Shown here piece by piece: positions 23,674-37,044 of a stretch of 64,000 nt of DNA. The position numbers and the translations under genes were made by a program. This DNA is from Octopus vulgaris (taxonomy: Eukaryota), in contig OX597821.1 in assembly GCA_951406725.2 (NCBI GenBank), positions 114,948,001 through 115,012,000 of the forward strand. The letters run 5' to 3'. Under the pieces are notes generated by a model that worked only from the letters and a program-made list of their open reading frames with translations, made no database searches and had not been told where the DNA came from. Position 1 is the stretch's first letter; each line of letters opens with the position of its first letter.

Positions 23674-24405
23674 TTAACCCATTTGCTACGAGATTTCAGT
23701 TGAAATCTACAATTTTTGTTCCAGTTAATTTGGAAAATAAGGAAGATATTAAAATAATTTTGTCTTTAGGAACAGGTTCAGTCCCACTGCATGGCACCTT
23801 GGGCAAATGTCTTCTACTATAGCCTCGGGCCAACCAAAGCCTTGTAAGTGGATTTGGTAGATGGAAACTGAAAGAAGCCCATTATGTGTATGCATCATCA
23901 TGATCATCATTTAACGCCCATTGTCCATGCTGGCATGGGTTGGACAGTTTGAATGGGCTGGCACCCTGGAAGGCTGCACCAGACTCCAGCCTGATTTGGC
24001 ATAGTTTTCTATGGCCCAATGCCTATCCTCACACCAACCACTCTGAGAGTGCAATGGATGTTTATACGTGCCACCAGCACGGGCACCATTTGCATGACAC
24101 CAGGATGTGTTTATGTGCCACTGGCATGGGTGCCAATTCGCGTGACATTGGTGTCTTCCACAACTACGATTTTGCTTGGCTTGATGGGTCATCATCTCAA
24201 GCATGATATAATGCCAAAATTACTATTTTTAAATCTCACAACATGAGATATTCAGCAACAGTACTTTTTAAATAGTAATTTTCTAATTTATAGATCAGTG
24301 ACTAGTTGTCACTTTGAACACTATATATTTCGAATGGGAATTTGGCAGCGTGATCCTACGACCGAGAGTCTGCTGCCCTAACCACTGGGCCATTGCACCT
24401 CCACT

Positions 24406-24436
<31 letters not shown>

Positions 24437-25692
24437 TATATATATATATATATATAAAATGTATATGTGTGTGTGTTTGACCCCACCACTGCTTGACAAC
24501 TGGTGTTGGTTTGTTTACATCCCTGTAACTTAGTGGTTTAGTAAAAGAGACTGATAGAATAAATACTACACTTCAAGACAAAAAAAGGTACTCGGATTGA
24601 TTTGTTTCACTAAAATTCTTCATGGTGGTGCACCAGCATGGCCACAGTCCAATGACTGAAACAAGTAAAAGAATTAAGTTGGTATCAAGCTGGCAGAATA
24701 TGTTCGAGAAGGTACTTGGCAGCATTTCTTCTGACTCTTCATGTTGTGGGTTCAAATGCCATTGAAGCTGACTTTGCCTTTTGCCTTCCATCCCATTTGC
24801 CTTCAGCCCCTTTTTGCCTCCCAACCCATTTGCCTTCAACCCCTTTTTGCCTCCCACCCCTTTTGCCTTCCATCCCATTTGCCTTCCAACCTATTTGCTT
24901 TCACCCCATTTGCCTTCCATCCCATTTTTGCCTCCCACCCCTTTTGCCTTCTACCCCTTTTGCCTTCCACCCCATTTGCCTTCCATCCCTTTTGCCTCCC
25001 ACCCCTTTTGCCTTCTACTCCTTTTGCCTTCCACCCCATTTGCCTTCCATTTCTTTTGCCTCCCACTCCTTTTGCCTTCTAACCCTTTTGTCTTCCACCC
25101 CATTTGCCTTCCACCCCTTTTGCCCTCTACCCCTTTTGCCTTCCACCCCATTTGTCTTCCAACCCTTTTGTCTTCCACCCCTTTTGCCTGCTATCCCTTT
25201 TGCCTTCCACCCCATTTGCCTTCCACTCCATTTGCATTCCACCCCATTTGCCTTCCACCCCATTTGCCTTCTACCCCATTTGCCTTCCACCCCATTTGTC
25301 TTCCACCCCCTTTTGCCTCCCACCCCTTTTGCCTTCCACCCCATTTGCCTTCCATCCCTTTTGCCTTCCACTCCTTTTGCCTTACACCCCATTTGCCTTC
25401 CACTCCCTTTTGCCTCCCACCCCTTTTGCCTGCCACCCATTTTACCTTTCACCCCTTTTAGAGTTGATAAAATAAGTACCAGTTGAGTACCAGGGTCGAT
25501 GTAATTGACTTAATCCACACCCCTAAAATCGCTGGCTTTGCACCAAAATTTGAAACCATTATTAAGTTGGTGTTTGGAAAATGGATTAACATGAAATTTT
25601 GATGGAAAGTTTTAATTGAGATCGCTTCAAATGAGGAATTTGTATCATAGAACCAGGAGCAGTTTTGGACAAATTGTTATCAAAAGAGTTAA
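23674..25692. mobile_element. piggyBac-like MITE split by ~1.8 kb of nested SINEs
   Basis: 23674-23764 (ttaacccatttgctac...aataattttgtc) plus 25558-25692 (attattaagttggtgtttg...caaaagagttaa) together match the contiguous copy at 31786-31990 (...aataactttgtcattcataaactggtgtttg...caaaagggttaa). Confidence 0.65.
24773..25459. repeat. ~15-16 bp minisatellite (TTTGCCTTCCACCCCA-like), ~690 bp
   Basis: Tandem array within a family C SINE, between gactttgcctt and gttgataaaataagtaccag. Confidence 0.92.
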
Positions 25693-26189
25693 AATGGTGT
25701 AATTTTCTAAATAAAGTCATAAAATTCTAAAATATCACAATCTGTTTGTTCCTAAAATTTACCATAAAATTGCTAATGAGAAGAAATTCCTTTGTAAAAA
25801 TTGCCATAACATTGTAAATGTAATTATGTTGTTTGAGGAATTGCGATAAATGTCTTTACAATCAATCTATCCTACAAAATGGAAATGGTAGTTTTCTCTC
25901 AATTAGGTCCTTCCTTTCATTAAACAAATTGATTGGCGCTATGATAGAGGATTCTTACAAGATCTCCAATTAGGTATTTTGTTTGAGGGATGGGATGAGC
26001 CTTGCAGAGTTTAAAGAGAGTCAAGAACCACTGGTCAGAAATGTCATGATAAAGTTTAAAGAGTGTCAAGAATACTCATCCACCTTCTCTCAACAGAAAT
26101 GGTTTAGAAGAACAACTAATAAATGGCCTATCAAGAGATTTGTAGAAAAAGAGATAAAGCTTTTGGTAAGTTGATTCCTGTTGTAGCTA

Positions 26190-26640
26190 AGAATGCAGAG
26201 TGGTTGCTTGAAGTGTGAAAGAGTGAGAATGAAGTACGGAAAGATCAAGCGAAAGCTTAGGAAGAATGAACCAACAGAAGATGAAAGAGTTTTGTTTTTT
26301 ACGTGCGCGATTTGTTGGAGGAAATGCTTGAGCGATGCAGGCTTGGTCAGCCATGAGAGAAGTCACAGGAATCGACCCTTTGTGAATTGTGAGAAGGTCA
26401 TTGTTGAGAACAGAACATGTGCAGCCAGTGGCAAGGTGTGGTGTTCAGTTGGAGGATTAAAGGGACACGTCAAAAGCCATGCTTCTTTCCACACAACTGT
26501 GCATTATGCAGTAAAATGTGCAAATCTCTGACGGGGGCTCAAGAGTCATATAAGGGCCTCACATTACATTATCAAGGACTCACTTCAATGATTTTGCCTA
26601 GCAATGGCTTTGCTCGTATACAAGAAAGCAGCCACTATCT
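26190..26640 (+). mobile_element. RTE-clade LINE 3' end with C2H2-type fingers
   Basis: CAICWRKCLSDAGLVSHERSH, CAASGKVWCSVGGLKGHVKSH, and a third frameshifted CALCSKMCKSLTG. CxxCxRxCxSxxGLxSHxRxH is typical of RTE ORF ends; no TGEKP linkers. Confidence 0.6.
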
Positions 26641-28501
26641 GTATATATACAGATACACACACACACACGTACAATATATATACACATACAATATATATAT
26701 ATATATATACACACACACATACACATGTACATATATATAAGTACATAATTATATGTATATGTATATATGTGTGTGTGTGTGTGTCTGTCTGTCTGTGTAT
26801 GTATGTATGGAAGGATGGATGGGTGGTTGGATGGATGGGCAGACATATAGTGTTTTAAGTATCTTAAGAATAGAAAATATTCAAGAACATCGCATCATTT
26901 GAGTTAGAAAGAAGGCAAAAAACTGATTCTGGTTCCAACGCTGGTCTAAGTGAACAGTTGATTTATGTTCCACAACGAAAAGAGATCAGAGAAAATATTC
27001 TGATCAGGTAGAAAATGGTAATGCCTGGAAATATTGAATTATTTTCACTTGGCACGAAGACGATTTTGTAAGAATATGATTTATATTTGATTGAACTGGT
27101 TTCACAGTATTGATTTCTTTCCAATGGACAAATTTATAAAGGGGACAACATGGGCTGCTGTGACATTCATGTTTTCTCATATCATCATCATCATCATCAT
27201 CATCGTGGCCAATGCCAGCGCCGCCTTGACTGGCTTCCGTGCCAGTGGCACGTAAAAAGCACCAACCAATCGTGGCAGTTGTCAGCCTCGCCTGACACCT
27301 GTGCTGGTGGCACGTAAAAAACATCCACTACACTCACGGAGTGGTTGGCGTTAGGAAGGGTATCCAACTGTAGAAACACTGCCAGATCAGACTGGAACCT
27401 GGTGCAGCCTTCTGACTTCCCAGACCCCGGTCAAACCGTCCAACCCATGCTAGCATGGAAAACAGATGTTAAACAATGATGATGATGATGATGTGGCGAG
27501 CTGGCAGAATCGTTAGCATGCTGGATGAAATGCTAAGCAGTATTTCGCTCATCACTATGTTCTGATTTCAAATCCCGCTGAGGTCGACTTTGCCTTTCAT
27601 CCTTTTGGGGTTGATAAATTAAGTGCCAGTTGTGTACATATGGTGTAGTGGAGGGTATATCAGCTGAAATGTTGTGTTAATAGCAAACACGATGAGGACA
27701 AATATCCATCAAATGTAAATAATAATAATTATTATTATTATCATGAAGGCAGCGAGCTGGCTGAATCATTAGCACACTGGGCAAAATGCTTAGATCCAGT
27801 TTGCCTGTCTTTATGTTCTGGGTTCAAATTCTGCTGAGGTCGACTTTGCTTTTCATCCTTTCAGGGTCGATAAATTAAGTACCAGTCAAGTTCTGGGCTT
27901 AATGTGATTGACTATCCCCCTCCCCACAAATTTCAGGCCTTGTGCCTATAGTAGAAAGAATTATTATTATCATCATTATCATCTTCTTTCAATCTGTTTC
28001 CATTTCTTGCCGAGTGTCTTCCTGACACCCAGGGCAGAAAAACTCACTTATATTCATTGGTAGGCCACTAAAATAAAGACACCAGATTGTTCATTTACAA
28101 AGCCATGTGATAGAGAAAATGGGAGGCTGCAAACTTTTCCACTCTGGGCACAAGGCCTGAAATTTTGGGGGAGGTGGGGGCCAGTTGATTAGATCGACCC
28201 CAGTATGCAACTGGTACTTAATTTATCGACCCCGAAAGGTTGAAAGGCAAAGTCGACCTTGGCAAAATTTGAACTCAGAACGAAGGATGCAGCAAACTGG
28301 CAGAGTCATTAGCATGCTGGACGAAATGCTTAGCAGTATTTTGCCTGTTACTACGTTCTGAGTTCAAATTCCACCGAGGTCAACTTTACCTTTCGTCCTT
28401 TTGGGATCAATAAAGTAAGTGCAATGTTACACACTAGGATTGATGTAATCGACTTGTTCCCCTCCCCCCAAATTTCAGGCCTTGTGCCTTTAGTAGAAAG
28501 G

Positions 28502-28537
<36 letters not shown>

Positions 28538-29016
28538 GAGTGAGAGAGCAGTGCATGCCATCAAAATGACACTGGGGTAAAATATACGAAGTCCAGTATG
28601 CCCATCATGACTACCCGTCTGATAAGGGTACATCATGCACATACATCACAACCATATGTGCACAACATAGTGATCTCATATCAAGATAAACAGCACATGA
28701 CCTTGCAGGTGGTGCCCAGTTAGAATTTTCTTCTGGTCGAGTAACCCATCCCGCTGAAAAGGTCCCCGAATGAGGGTTGTTTAAGGATGTTGAACGAAAC
28801 ACCCATGTTTCCAAAGGTGAATTATCCAAACCCCAAAGAATCCCTCTCAACACATGGCTATGATGCTCCCCCACTATTTTTGCACATGATCAGAGATGCA
28901 CATATCGTCAGCTACTAAGGGACATGGTCAACTGGTTAAGGTCAAACAAATGGCAAGCAAATCTGTGGTATTGAGCAGAATATTTGCTGTAGCCCATTTT
29001 TTTTATACTAAGACAA
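28538..29016. mobile_element. ~480 bp non-coding element bounded by (TTA)n on both sides
   Basis: More GC-rich block between (TTA)n at 28502-28537 and 29018-29100; no convincing ORF. Confidence 0.55.
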
Positions 29017-29044
29017 ATTATTATTATTGTTATTATTATTATTA

Positions 29045-29100
<56 letters not shown>

Positions 29101-29820
29101 GGTTTTGTAGTAAAGTATTATTGATATTTTTTTTTTGAAAAGAAAGGCATTAAGCAAAACCAATACCCAGCAGTTAAGATGGCTGTCATGAGAGAAAGAT
29201 GAAAGAAAATGTTAAACAGATTTCAAATGTTTAGTATGCATTTTGGGTTGCAACAATGCATGGAATTGCAGACAGCATATTTATGGCAAGTCAGCCACTA
29301 CAGAAATATTATGTAGAACAAGAAAAGATAAATAAAATAAGACTTTTATTTTCTATTTGTTGATTGGAAGAAAAAAGAAAAAAAATCACTTGACACACTC
29401 TCTAATGTTCAGGAGATAAAAAAGAAAGGAAAATGAAATGCATAACATTTATAAATATTTTTCACCTGAAAAATGTTCTTTTTTCTGATGCTGTTACAGA
29501 AATATTTCATGCTGACCAGTTCCATAACTTGTCGGTTTAATACTAGACAGCCGATTGGTAATATTGTGAGAACTGGATAAATTGCTTTGTGGAATTGTTT
29601 TGGCTGCTCTTCATTCTGAGGTCAAATTCCAACAAAATCAATTTTATATTTTATCCTTCTGGGGATAAAAGTACCAGTTATGGACTAGGGTTGATAAATA
29701 ACATACCAGTCATGGATTGGGGCTGATAAATATGTATGTATGTATGTTTGTGTGTGTGTATACATGTATGTATGTACATATGTATGTATGAATGTATGTA
29801 TGTATGTATGTATGCATGCA

Positions 29821-29867
<47 letters not shown>

Positions 29868-31360
29868 GTATATATGTAAGTTCAAATGGAGACAAGAATA
29901 TGTATTGTCCGTTTGATGGAAGATTTCTAAAAATGGCTGAAGATTGCTCAATATTTTAAACTGATGTAATACTTAGAATGTTTAATAAAATGAAGTAGCA
30001 TGAAACGATTGTACCACATTACCTAAGATATACTTGTTGCTTATTTTTATGTATATATGTATGTATGTATGTGCATGATATAAACCCAATGTTTTCATTT
30101 ACATCCCTTTATGTCAAAAGGTAACTAAGACATTCACTAAATGGGGATCAAAGAAAAAATAGATCAACTCATGGTGGAGAAAGCCCACTTCCGAAACACA
30201 GTAAGTCCATGCAAATGTTCTGAGAAGCCAAGAAGTTCCTGAATTTTGTTTTTTGACTGAATCAACTATAGTAAAAGCCAGTGGCACGAAAGAGGCTGAG
30301 ACGACCAGAAACCAACTGCACTTCACGGTTTTTATCCAAGTTTACCTTCTTCTAAAAGGTAATTCAACAAAGAAGGTCTTTCACACCCAATGGTTCACCT
30401 GATAGTTAACCCCTAACTAGGACCCGAACAGGTGCAAGTACTCCGTGCCAGAGTAGACCAGGGAACAAGGGTGGCTAAGGGATGGTTCCACACACCTCAA
30501 AAACCCTGGAACTCCCATACCATGCCCACCCCCACTGCTGGATGCAGTTTGTAGTCATACCCAGGACTTGAGGTTATCAATGAAAACTGTTTTAGGTGAT
30601 GCTCCAGTATGGCCAGAGTCAAATGCCTGAAACCAGACAAAGGATGGATATTTATTAGTGGACAACACAGCTAAGTCTACCAGTGTGGTCAGTTGTAAAA
30701 TACATTAACAACATGGCTGGCTATTGTATTTATTGTTTATATTCCCAGTCAGGCCAAACTGGGCTGGATGTCAGCTGCTCTTTGTATCATCAATGTCATT
30801 TATTATTAATCTTCTCCACCATTTGGAATATAAATTAGGTCACATTATTTTCAAATATCTAACTGATGATCTCAAGTAAAACATGCTTGGCTGAGATGGT
30901 AGAAAAGAGATTTCAAAATAGAACGAGACAACTACAAATTATGAGACGTGAGCATATTTACTGTTGCTGGTTTATAGGAGACTAGCAAAGTGCTTTGCTT
31001 GGGGAAGTGCTGCCAAATGAAAGCCCTGCATATTGAACCCCAGTTGATTTCAGAAGCCATCAGGAGAGAATGCACACCATTTCAGAGCCTTCCTCTCAAT
31101 GGCTTTATGGTACCTCACCCCACAACATATGATTGATATGAGGCCACACCTGCTTGATCAACTGCCTGGCATTTAACCATTGACATTTCTAGATCTTCTT
31201 GTCTACTTACTCAGTGAAAGTAACTGACCTTCTTATTTGCAGCTGAGCACAAAACCCTTCGTTTCTTCATCATCTCCTCTAATGAAGGCACATTTTCATC
31301 TTTATTCATAGTTTGTTGATGTCTTGTAAGCTAGAACAGGTGGGCTGTGGGCCCAAGTGT

Positions 31361-31709
31361 GGAACTTACACTCGCCTCCTTATGAGAACTCAAAATCTCT
31401 CATGGAAGCGACATCCAACTAAAGTACAAATATATGGGAAACTACCACCTGTATCATCTCTTGTGAAAGGCAGAAGAGTCCAGTTTGCTGGACATTGTTG
31501 TAGAGCTGAAAACAAGGTAATTTCTACTCTTTCCTCTGGAAGCCATCTGCTCACGATACCAGAGGGCGCACACTCTCCTACCCTGATGTAATCTCCAGGG
31601 ATACAGGCATCCAGCAACAGGACCTCCATAATGCTAAGATGGACAGTGAAGTCTGGCGTAGCATAGTAAATTCCATTGTCTTGACCACAATCGAACAATG
31701 ATGATGATG
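31361..31709 (+). mobile_element. RTE/RTEX-like LINE 3' end
   Basis: GTYTRLLMRTQNLSWKRHPTKVQIYGKLPPVSSLVKGRRVQFAGHCCR...WRSIVNSI, ending in (GAT)n. Confidence 0.8.
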
Positions 31710-32220
31710 TTGTCCACTTTGTGGGTCTCAAACATTTTCTGAAGTAGATTAAATGTTGTTTATAGGCCATTGAACAGTTGATAGCTTTCATCCTTTTCTT
31801 ACCAGATTTTTGTTGAAATGTTATGCCTTTATTTCAATTAATTATGAAAATAATAAAGAATTTGATAAAATAACTTTGTCATTCATAAACTGGTGTTTGT
31901 AACATAAGTTAGCTTGCAATTTTGATGGAAGGATAATTTTAAATTAGAGAATTTGTATCATAATCTTAAGGGTGGTATCAAAAGGGTTAAGATAATCTTT
32001 TATAGAATGTTATAAGCTTTACCTGTGATGGAAATGAGGTGGTATGTGGGAATACTTTTATACGTAAGGGTATATATGAGGGTCAGGAATAAATGTAAGA
32101 AAGTAAATCAAAAGTGAGCATTGTCAATCATCTGGAAATATTCTTAATACTTAAAATGTTCTTAGAACACTAATGAGGGCTTTGCTTATATGCAGTGAAG
32201 ACAGTTTGGAAATGTCCAAG

Positions 32221-32490
32221 GCCCTATAGACCAAAATCCAACTCTCTCTAAATTAAAGACCAACCCTCACCTCTAGACTGAAGTCAAACCCTCTCTAGCC
32301 CAAAGTCTAACCCCCTCTGCACCAAAAACCAACCCCCTTTTGACAAATGTCCAACCTTTGCAGGCTAAAAGCCAGCCCATCTGGATTAAAGTCTAACCTT
32401 CCTCTAGACCAAAGAACAATGCCCTGTTGACCAAAGTCTAGCTACCAAAGTCTGCACCAAAAACCAGTCTTCTCTAGACTGAAGCCCCTC
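32221..32490. repeat. Degenerate ~21-24 bp minisatellite
   Basis: About 12 variants of ccctctagaccaaagtccaac in tandem. Confidence 0.7.
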
Positions 32491-32790
32491 CTCTCACTTC
32501 CTGACTATTGACAGAAATTTGCAGATGGAAATGAGGTGGAATAGGTGAAATAGGTCAACTGGTTGCAGAAACTGAGGTGCCAGGGTGTTACAAACACAGT
32601 GCTATGTTTATATTTATTTCACTTTACAAGAATATAACCAATTTTTATGAGAAACATCTGTGAATATATTTCATAACTGAAACAAAATGAGAGAAAAGAT
32701 AATCGCCAGTGTCATCATGAACATAATCACCATCACCACCACCACCACCACCACAAACGCCACCACCACTATCACCATCATCATCATCAT

Positions 32791-33181
32791 CGTAAAGTTA
32801 TTAACCATCTTACAAACAATAACTCTGAGCACCTTTTCAAACTCCACCTGTCTAACACCCGTGGACATATTTACAAAGTCATAAAACAGCACAGCTCCCA
32901 TGACTTTCGGAAACATTTTTTCACGCTAAGAGTTGCTGAAGCATGGAACAGACTGCCGGCATCAGTTGTTAGTTGTCGGAGCACTGCTTCCTTCAAAACT
33001 TTCATGCTTCCTGAGATTCGCCAACACTACACCTGATTTTCTCCCCTCCATACACACACAAGCATGTATCTGACTCATACATTGCTTGCTTTCCAGACAT
33101 TTGTACATTACTGCATATACTTTATACGCACTTTTGACAAGTTGTGGTGTACCTGAGCACTGTATACAATAATTTCATTAT
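32791..33181 (+). mobile_element. CR1-clade LINE 3' end
   Basis: SNTRGHIYKVIKQHSSHDFRKHFFTLRVAEAWNRLPASVVSCRSTASFK...* (TGA 33034-33036) plus 3' UTR. Confidence 0.88.
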
Positions 33182-34205
33182 ATATCTGTCCATTTTCCAT
33201 CCTGGCATGGGTTGGATAGATCATAACACTTTGACTCATTTCTTAATGGAAACCACTCTTAAAGATTGATGCTCATCCATGTTGTTTGGCTCAGTTTCTA
33301 CCACTGAATACTCTTCCTGTCAATAACCCTTTCATATCTCAGTCAATTCTTTACTTTATTGTTCCCAGTTGGTTTTCAATCAAGAAGCCATTTAATGAGT
33401 GCCACCAGTTAAAATTACATTGAAGTCCAAGCACTAATTAATGAAGCAGAAAGAGAGAAATATTTATTGATAGATTCAGTTCAAGTACTTTTACATATTC
33501 ATGGAATTTCTTTATAAATCTCATAATTATTTATCTCACACACCAAGTTCAATAACTAGAATCAATTAACTGATCTTTCATAATCAGAAATATCCATCAA
33601 TGATTGAACAGTCTGTCGTATTGATTTTAAGAATAAGAGAATGGGAATTATGCTGTTCATATCTTTCTCAAAGACATTCATCTCCATTTTCAGTTTTCTA
33701 TTATAATTCCAGCCATGTCTAGGGTACATCATCATCATCATCATCATTTAACGTCCGTTGTTCATGCTTGTATAGGTTGGATGGCTTGACCAGGACTGGT
33801 AAGCTGGAAGGCTACACCAGACTCCAGTCCTGGTTTTCTATGGCTGGATGCCCTTCCTAACACCAACCACTCTGAGAGTGTAATGGGTGCTTTTATGTAC
33901 CACTGGTACAGGTGCCATTTGCATGACACCGGTATCTGCCATGACTGCAATTTTGCTCAGCTTGATGGGTCTTCTTCCCAAGCACAATGTAATGCCAAAG
34001 GTATTGGTCATTGCTTCTGTGAGGCCCAACGCTTGAAAGGAACTCAACCGCTTTGCCTAAAATCCAAAGCAAATTTCTTAATCACACAACTGTACCTGTG
34101 TTAGTTATAGGTCTGTCTTCTCTAATACCAATTCCAACCCAACAACCAAGTGAACTAACTGAAGAATCAAATGATCAAATGTTTTTTTTTTATTTCTATT
34201 TATTA

Positions 34206-34267
<62 letters not shown>

Positions 34268-34981
34268 TTCCCCAATTAGACAGATTTATGTCTTGGATAA
34301 ACCAGAACAATAAAATTGTCAACATAAAATTACAGACCTATGGTTCCTGTGGTGGCTGCCATGGCAGGAGACATTCTTGTCAACTGATGAAATGCTATTT
34401 TATTGATCTGTTTAGCTTTAAAAGACAAACAAATGTTGCAGTGATTGCAATCGTTGCATCCAAGTGATGCTGAGTCTCGTAGTGTTTGTTTACTCTGATT
34501 AAAATCACAGTCAAAAGATAATTTGCTTACAGCCATCATGAGAATAACATAGATTATTATTTAGGTGTGAATAGATGATAGGTTCAGGTACACACACACA
34601 CATACACACATGCACACACACACACACACACATACAAACACACACACACCTTTTATTTTTTAACTGCTTCAGTTATTAGACTGCAGCCATGCTGGGGCAC
34701 CGCCTTGAAGAACTAAAGCTAAAGGAATCAACTCCACAACTTACTCTATCAGTCTCTTTTGCCAAACTGCTAAGTTACAGGGATGTAAACACACCAACAC
34801 TGGTTAAGCAGTGGTAGGGGACAAACAGACACAAAGACATACACACACATATATATATATATATATATACGTATGTATGTATGTATGTGTGTGTATACAT
34901 ATATATGTGTGTGTGTGTGTGTGTGAATATATATATGTATATATGTATGTGTGTATGTATATATATATATATATATATGAA

Positions 34982-35114
34982 TATATAAAAAAAATTTTTT
35001 TTCCATAATGAGATAAAAAACCAAGGCTGTGTAGATTTTAAAACATTTATAAATGTTCTAAAATCTATACACCCTTGGTTTTTTTTATCTCATTACGTAA
35101 AAAAATTTTATATA
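34982..35114. repeat. ~130 bp imperfect palindrome adjacent to (TA)n
   Basis: taatgagataaaaaaccaagg.tgtgtagattttaaaacatttat|aaatgttctaaaatctatacacccttggtttttttatctcatta. Confidence 0.85.
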
Positions 35115-35284
35115 CACATGCTGATATATGACCTACGTTGGACCCCTTATTTACATAATCACCGAACTGGAACTCAACTATGGTCTATCCATAACTCTTA
35201 CTCAGCATTACCTGACACCTTTGGGTCTCACTGACCCCATTACCTCTCTCTCTCTCTCTCTCTAAATATATATATATATATATA

Positions 35285-35609
35285 TTACGGAGATGTACTT
35301 GCATAGTGAGTGACTTGATCTGAGATCGTGTGCTGGAACGAAAACAATTGCAGTGTGGAAAGTGCTTATAAGCCATTTAAGAAACACACAAAAACCGTTA
35401 GATTCACTTCAACATTTAAATTTAATTTGTCAAAATATTTTCGTCGCTTTGAGACCGCGACCTGTTCACTGATGCAGCACGAAGTTTTGTCAGTGAACAG
35501 GTCGCGGTCTCAAGCAACGAAAATATTTTGACAAATTATATTTAAATGTTGAAGTGAATCTAACGGTTTTTGTGTGTTTCTTAAATGGCTTCCACACTGC
35601 AATTGTTTT
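35285..35609. mobile_element. Fold-back PLE-type terminal repeat in (TA)n, with a hammerhead variant on each arm
   Basis: Arms 35341-35472 and 35490-35609 are reverse complements, CpG-rich and little decayed. Confidence 0.75.
35486..35535 (+). ncRNA. Hammerhead variant with G3:C8 swapped core
   Basis: tttgtca-GTGAACA-G-GTCGC-ggtctcaa-GCAAC-GAAA-ATAT-TT-tgacaaa. 7-bp stem I. The mirror copy 35426-35473 (-) has a perfect GTCGC/GCGAC stem II. Confidence 0.65.
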
Positions 35610-35673
<64 letters not shown>

Positions 35674-36985
35674 CTGTGCCAGCATGGAAAATGTACATTA
35701 AATGTTGATGATGATGATGATACACCCCACACACATATTAGATGTTTAAGAACTTATCACCACCACCACCACCACCACCACCACCACTACCTTTATTGTT
35801 TTAATGCCTCCTTTTCTATGTGTGCACAGGTCAGAATAGACTACACTGGGACAGCATTTTTTTTATGCCTGGATGCTCTTCTCGTCAATGACTCTCACTT
35901 ATTTCCAAGCAATGTAACAATCGCCCAGTCTAGTGAAAAATGGACAGTTCGGACATCGTTATAGAAAGAACTGGAAACAAAAACTACACCTTCTGAACGA
36001 GCTTTTTGTTTACAGTCAGTGAATTTACATGAAGATGAAGAGATATACAAACACATTCACACAATCACACACACGAGGTTTGTGGTCTTGCAAGCTGAAT
36101 GATCACCCCACTAGTGCTGGTGCCACATAAAATACACCTGGTACATTCTGCAAAGTGGTTGGCATTAGGAAGGGCCTCCGAGCATAGAAACCATGCTGAA
36201 GTAGACTTGTATGATGCAGCCCTTGGGTTCATTGCATCCTGTCAACCCAAGCTAGAGTTGAAGATGGACTTTCTGTTATGATGGTGATGATGATGGTTAT
36301 GATGAGGGGCTTTTTCAGTTTCTGTGTCTTAATTTCACTCAAAAGGTATCAGTCCATACCTGCTTAAAGAACAGGACACCAGGCATTTGAACCCCTAACC
36401 ATGTGATTCCAAAACTAATTTCCATCCAAACGTGGCCGATACCAGTGCTGCTTTGATTGGCTTCCGTGCCGGTGGCACATAAAAAGCACCAGTCCGACCG
36501 TGGCTGTTGCCAGCCTCGCCTGGCACCTGTGCCGGTGGCACGTAAAAAGCACCCACTACACTCACGGAGTGGTTGGCGTTAGGAAGGGCATCCAGCTTTA
36601 GAAACACTGCCAGATCAGACTGGGCTTGGTGCAGCCTCCTGGCTTCCCAGATCCCGGATGAACTGTCCAACCCATGCTAGCATGGAAAACGGACGTTAAA
36701 CGATGACAAGACTAATACCTGTGTGTATACATATGTAAGAGAGCATGTGTGTGTGTGTGTGTGTGTGATGTGTATAGACATGCATGTATGCTTCTATGCA
36801 GGTTTGGTGGCACAAATGGATGAATAAAACTCAAATGCAGAGCTTATGTTTATAAGCTGTATTAGTGACTCAAGGGCCTTGAGTTTCGTGCAAGACTTTT
36901 ATCAATCTTTCGCACAAATTTTTTAGTTTAATGACTGAAACAAGTAAAAGATAAAAAAAAAAAGGAAAAACAAGAAAGTAAGTAA

Positions 36986-37044
<59 letters not shown>

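Noticed and set aside
24716-25486. 256-aa Pro/Phe-rich ORF, or a CRISPR-like array
   Set aside because: Pure tandem minisatellite open in most frames; no unique spacers and no cas genes.
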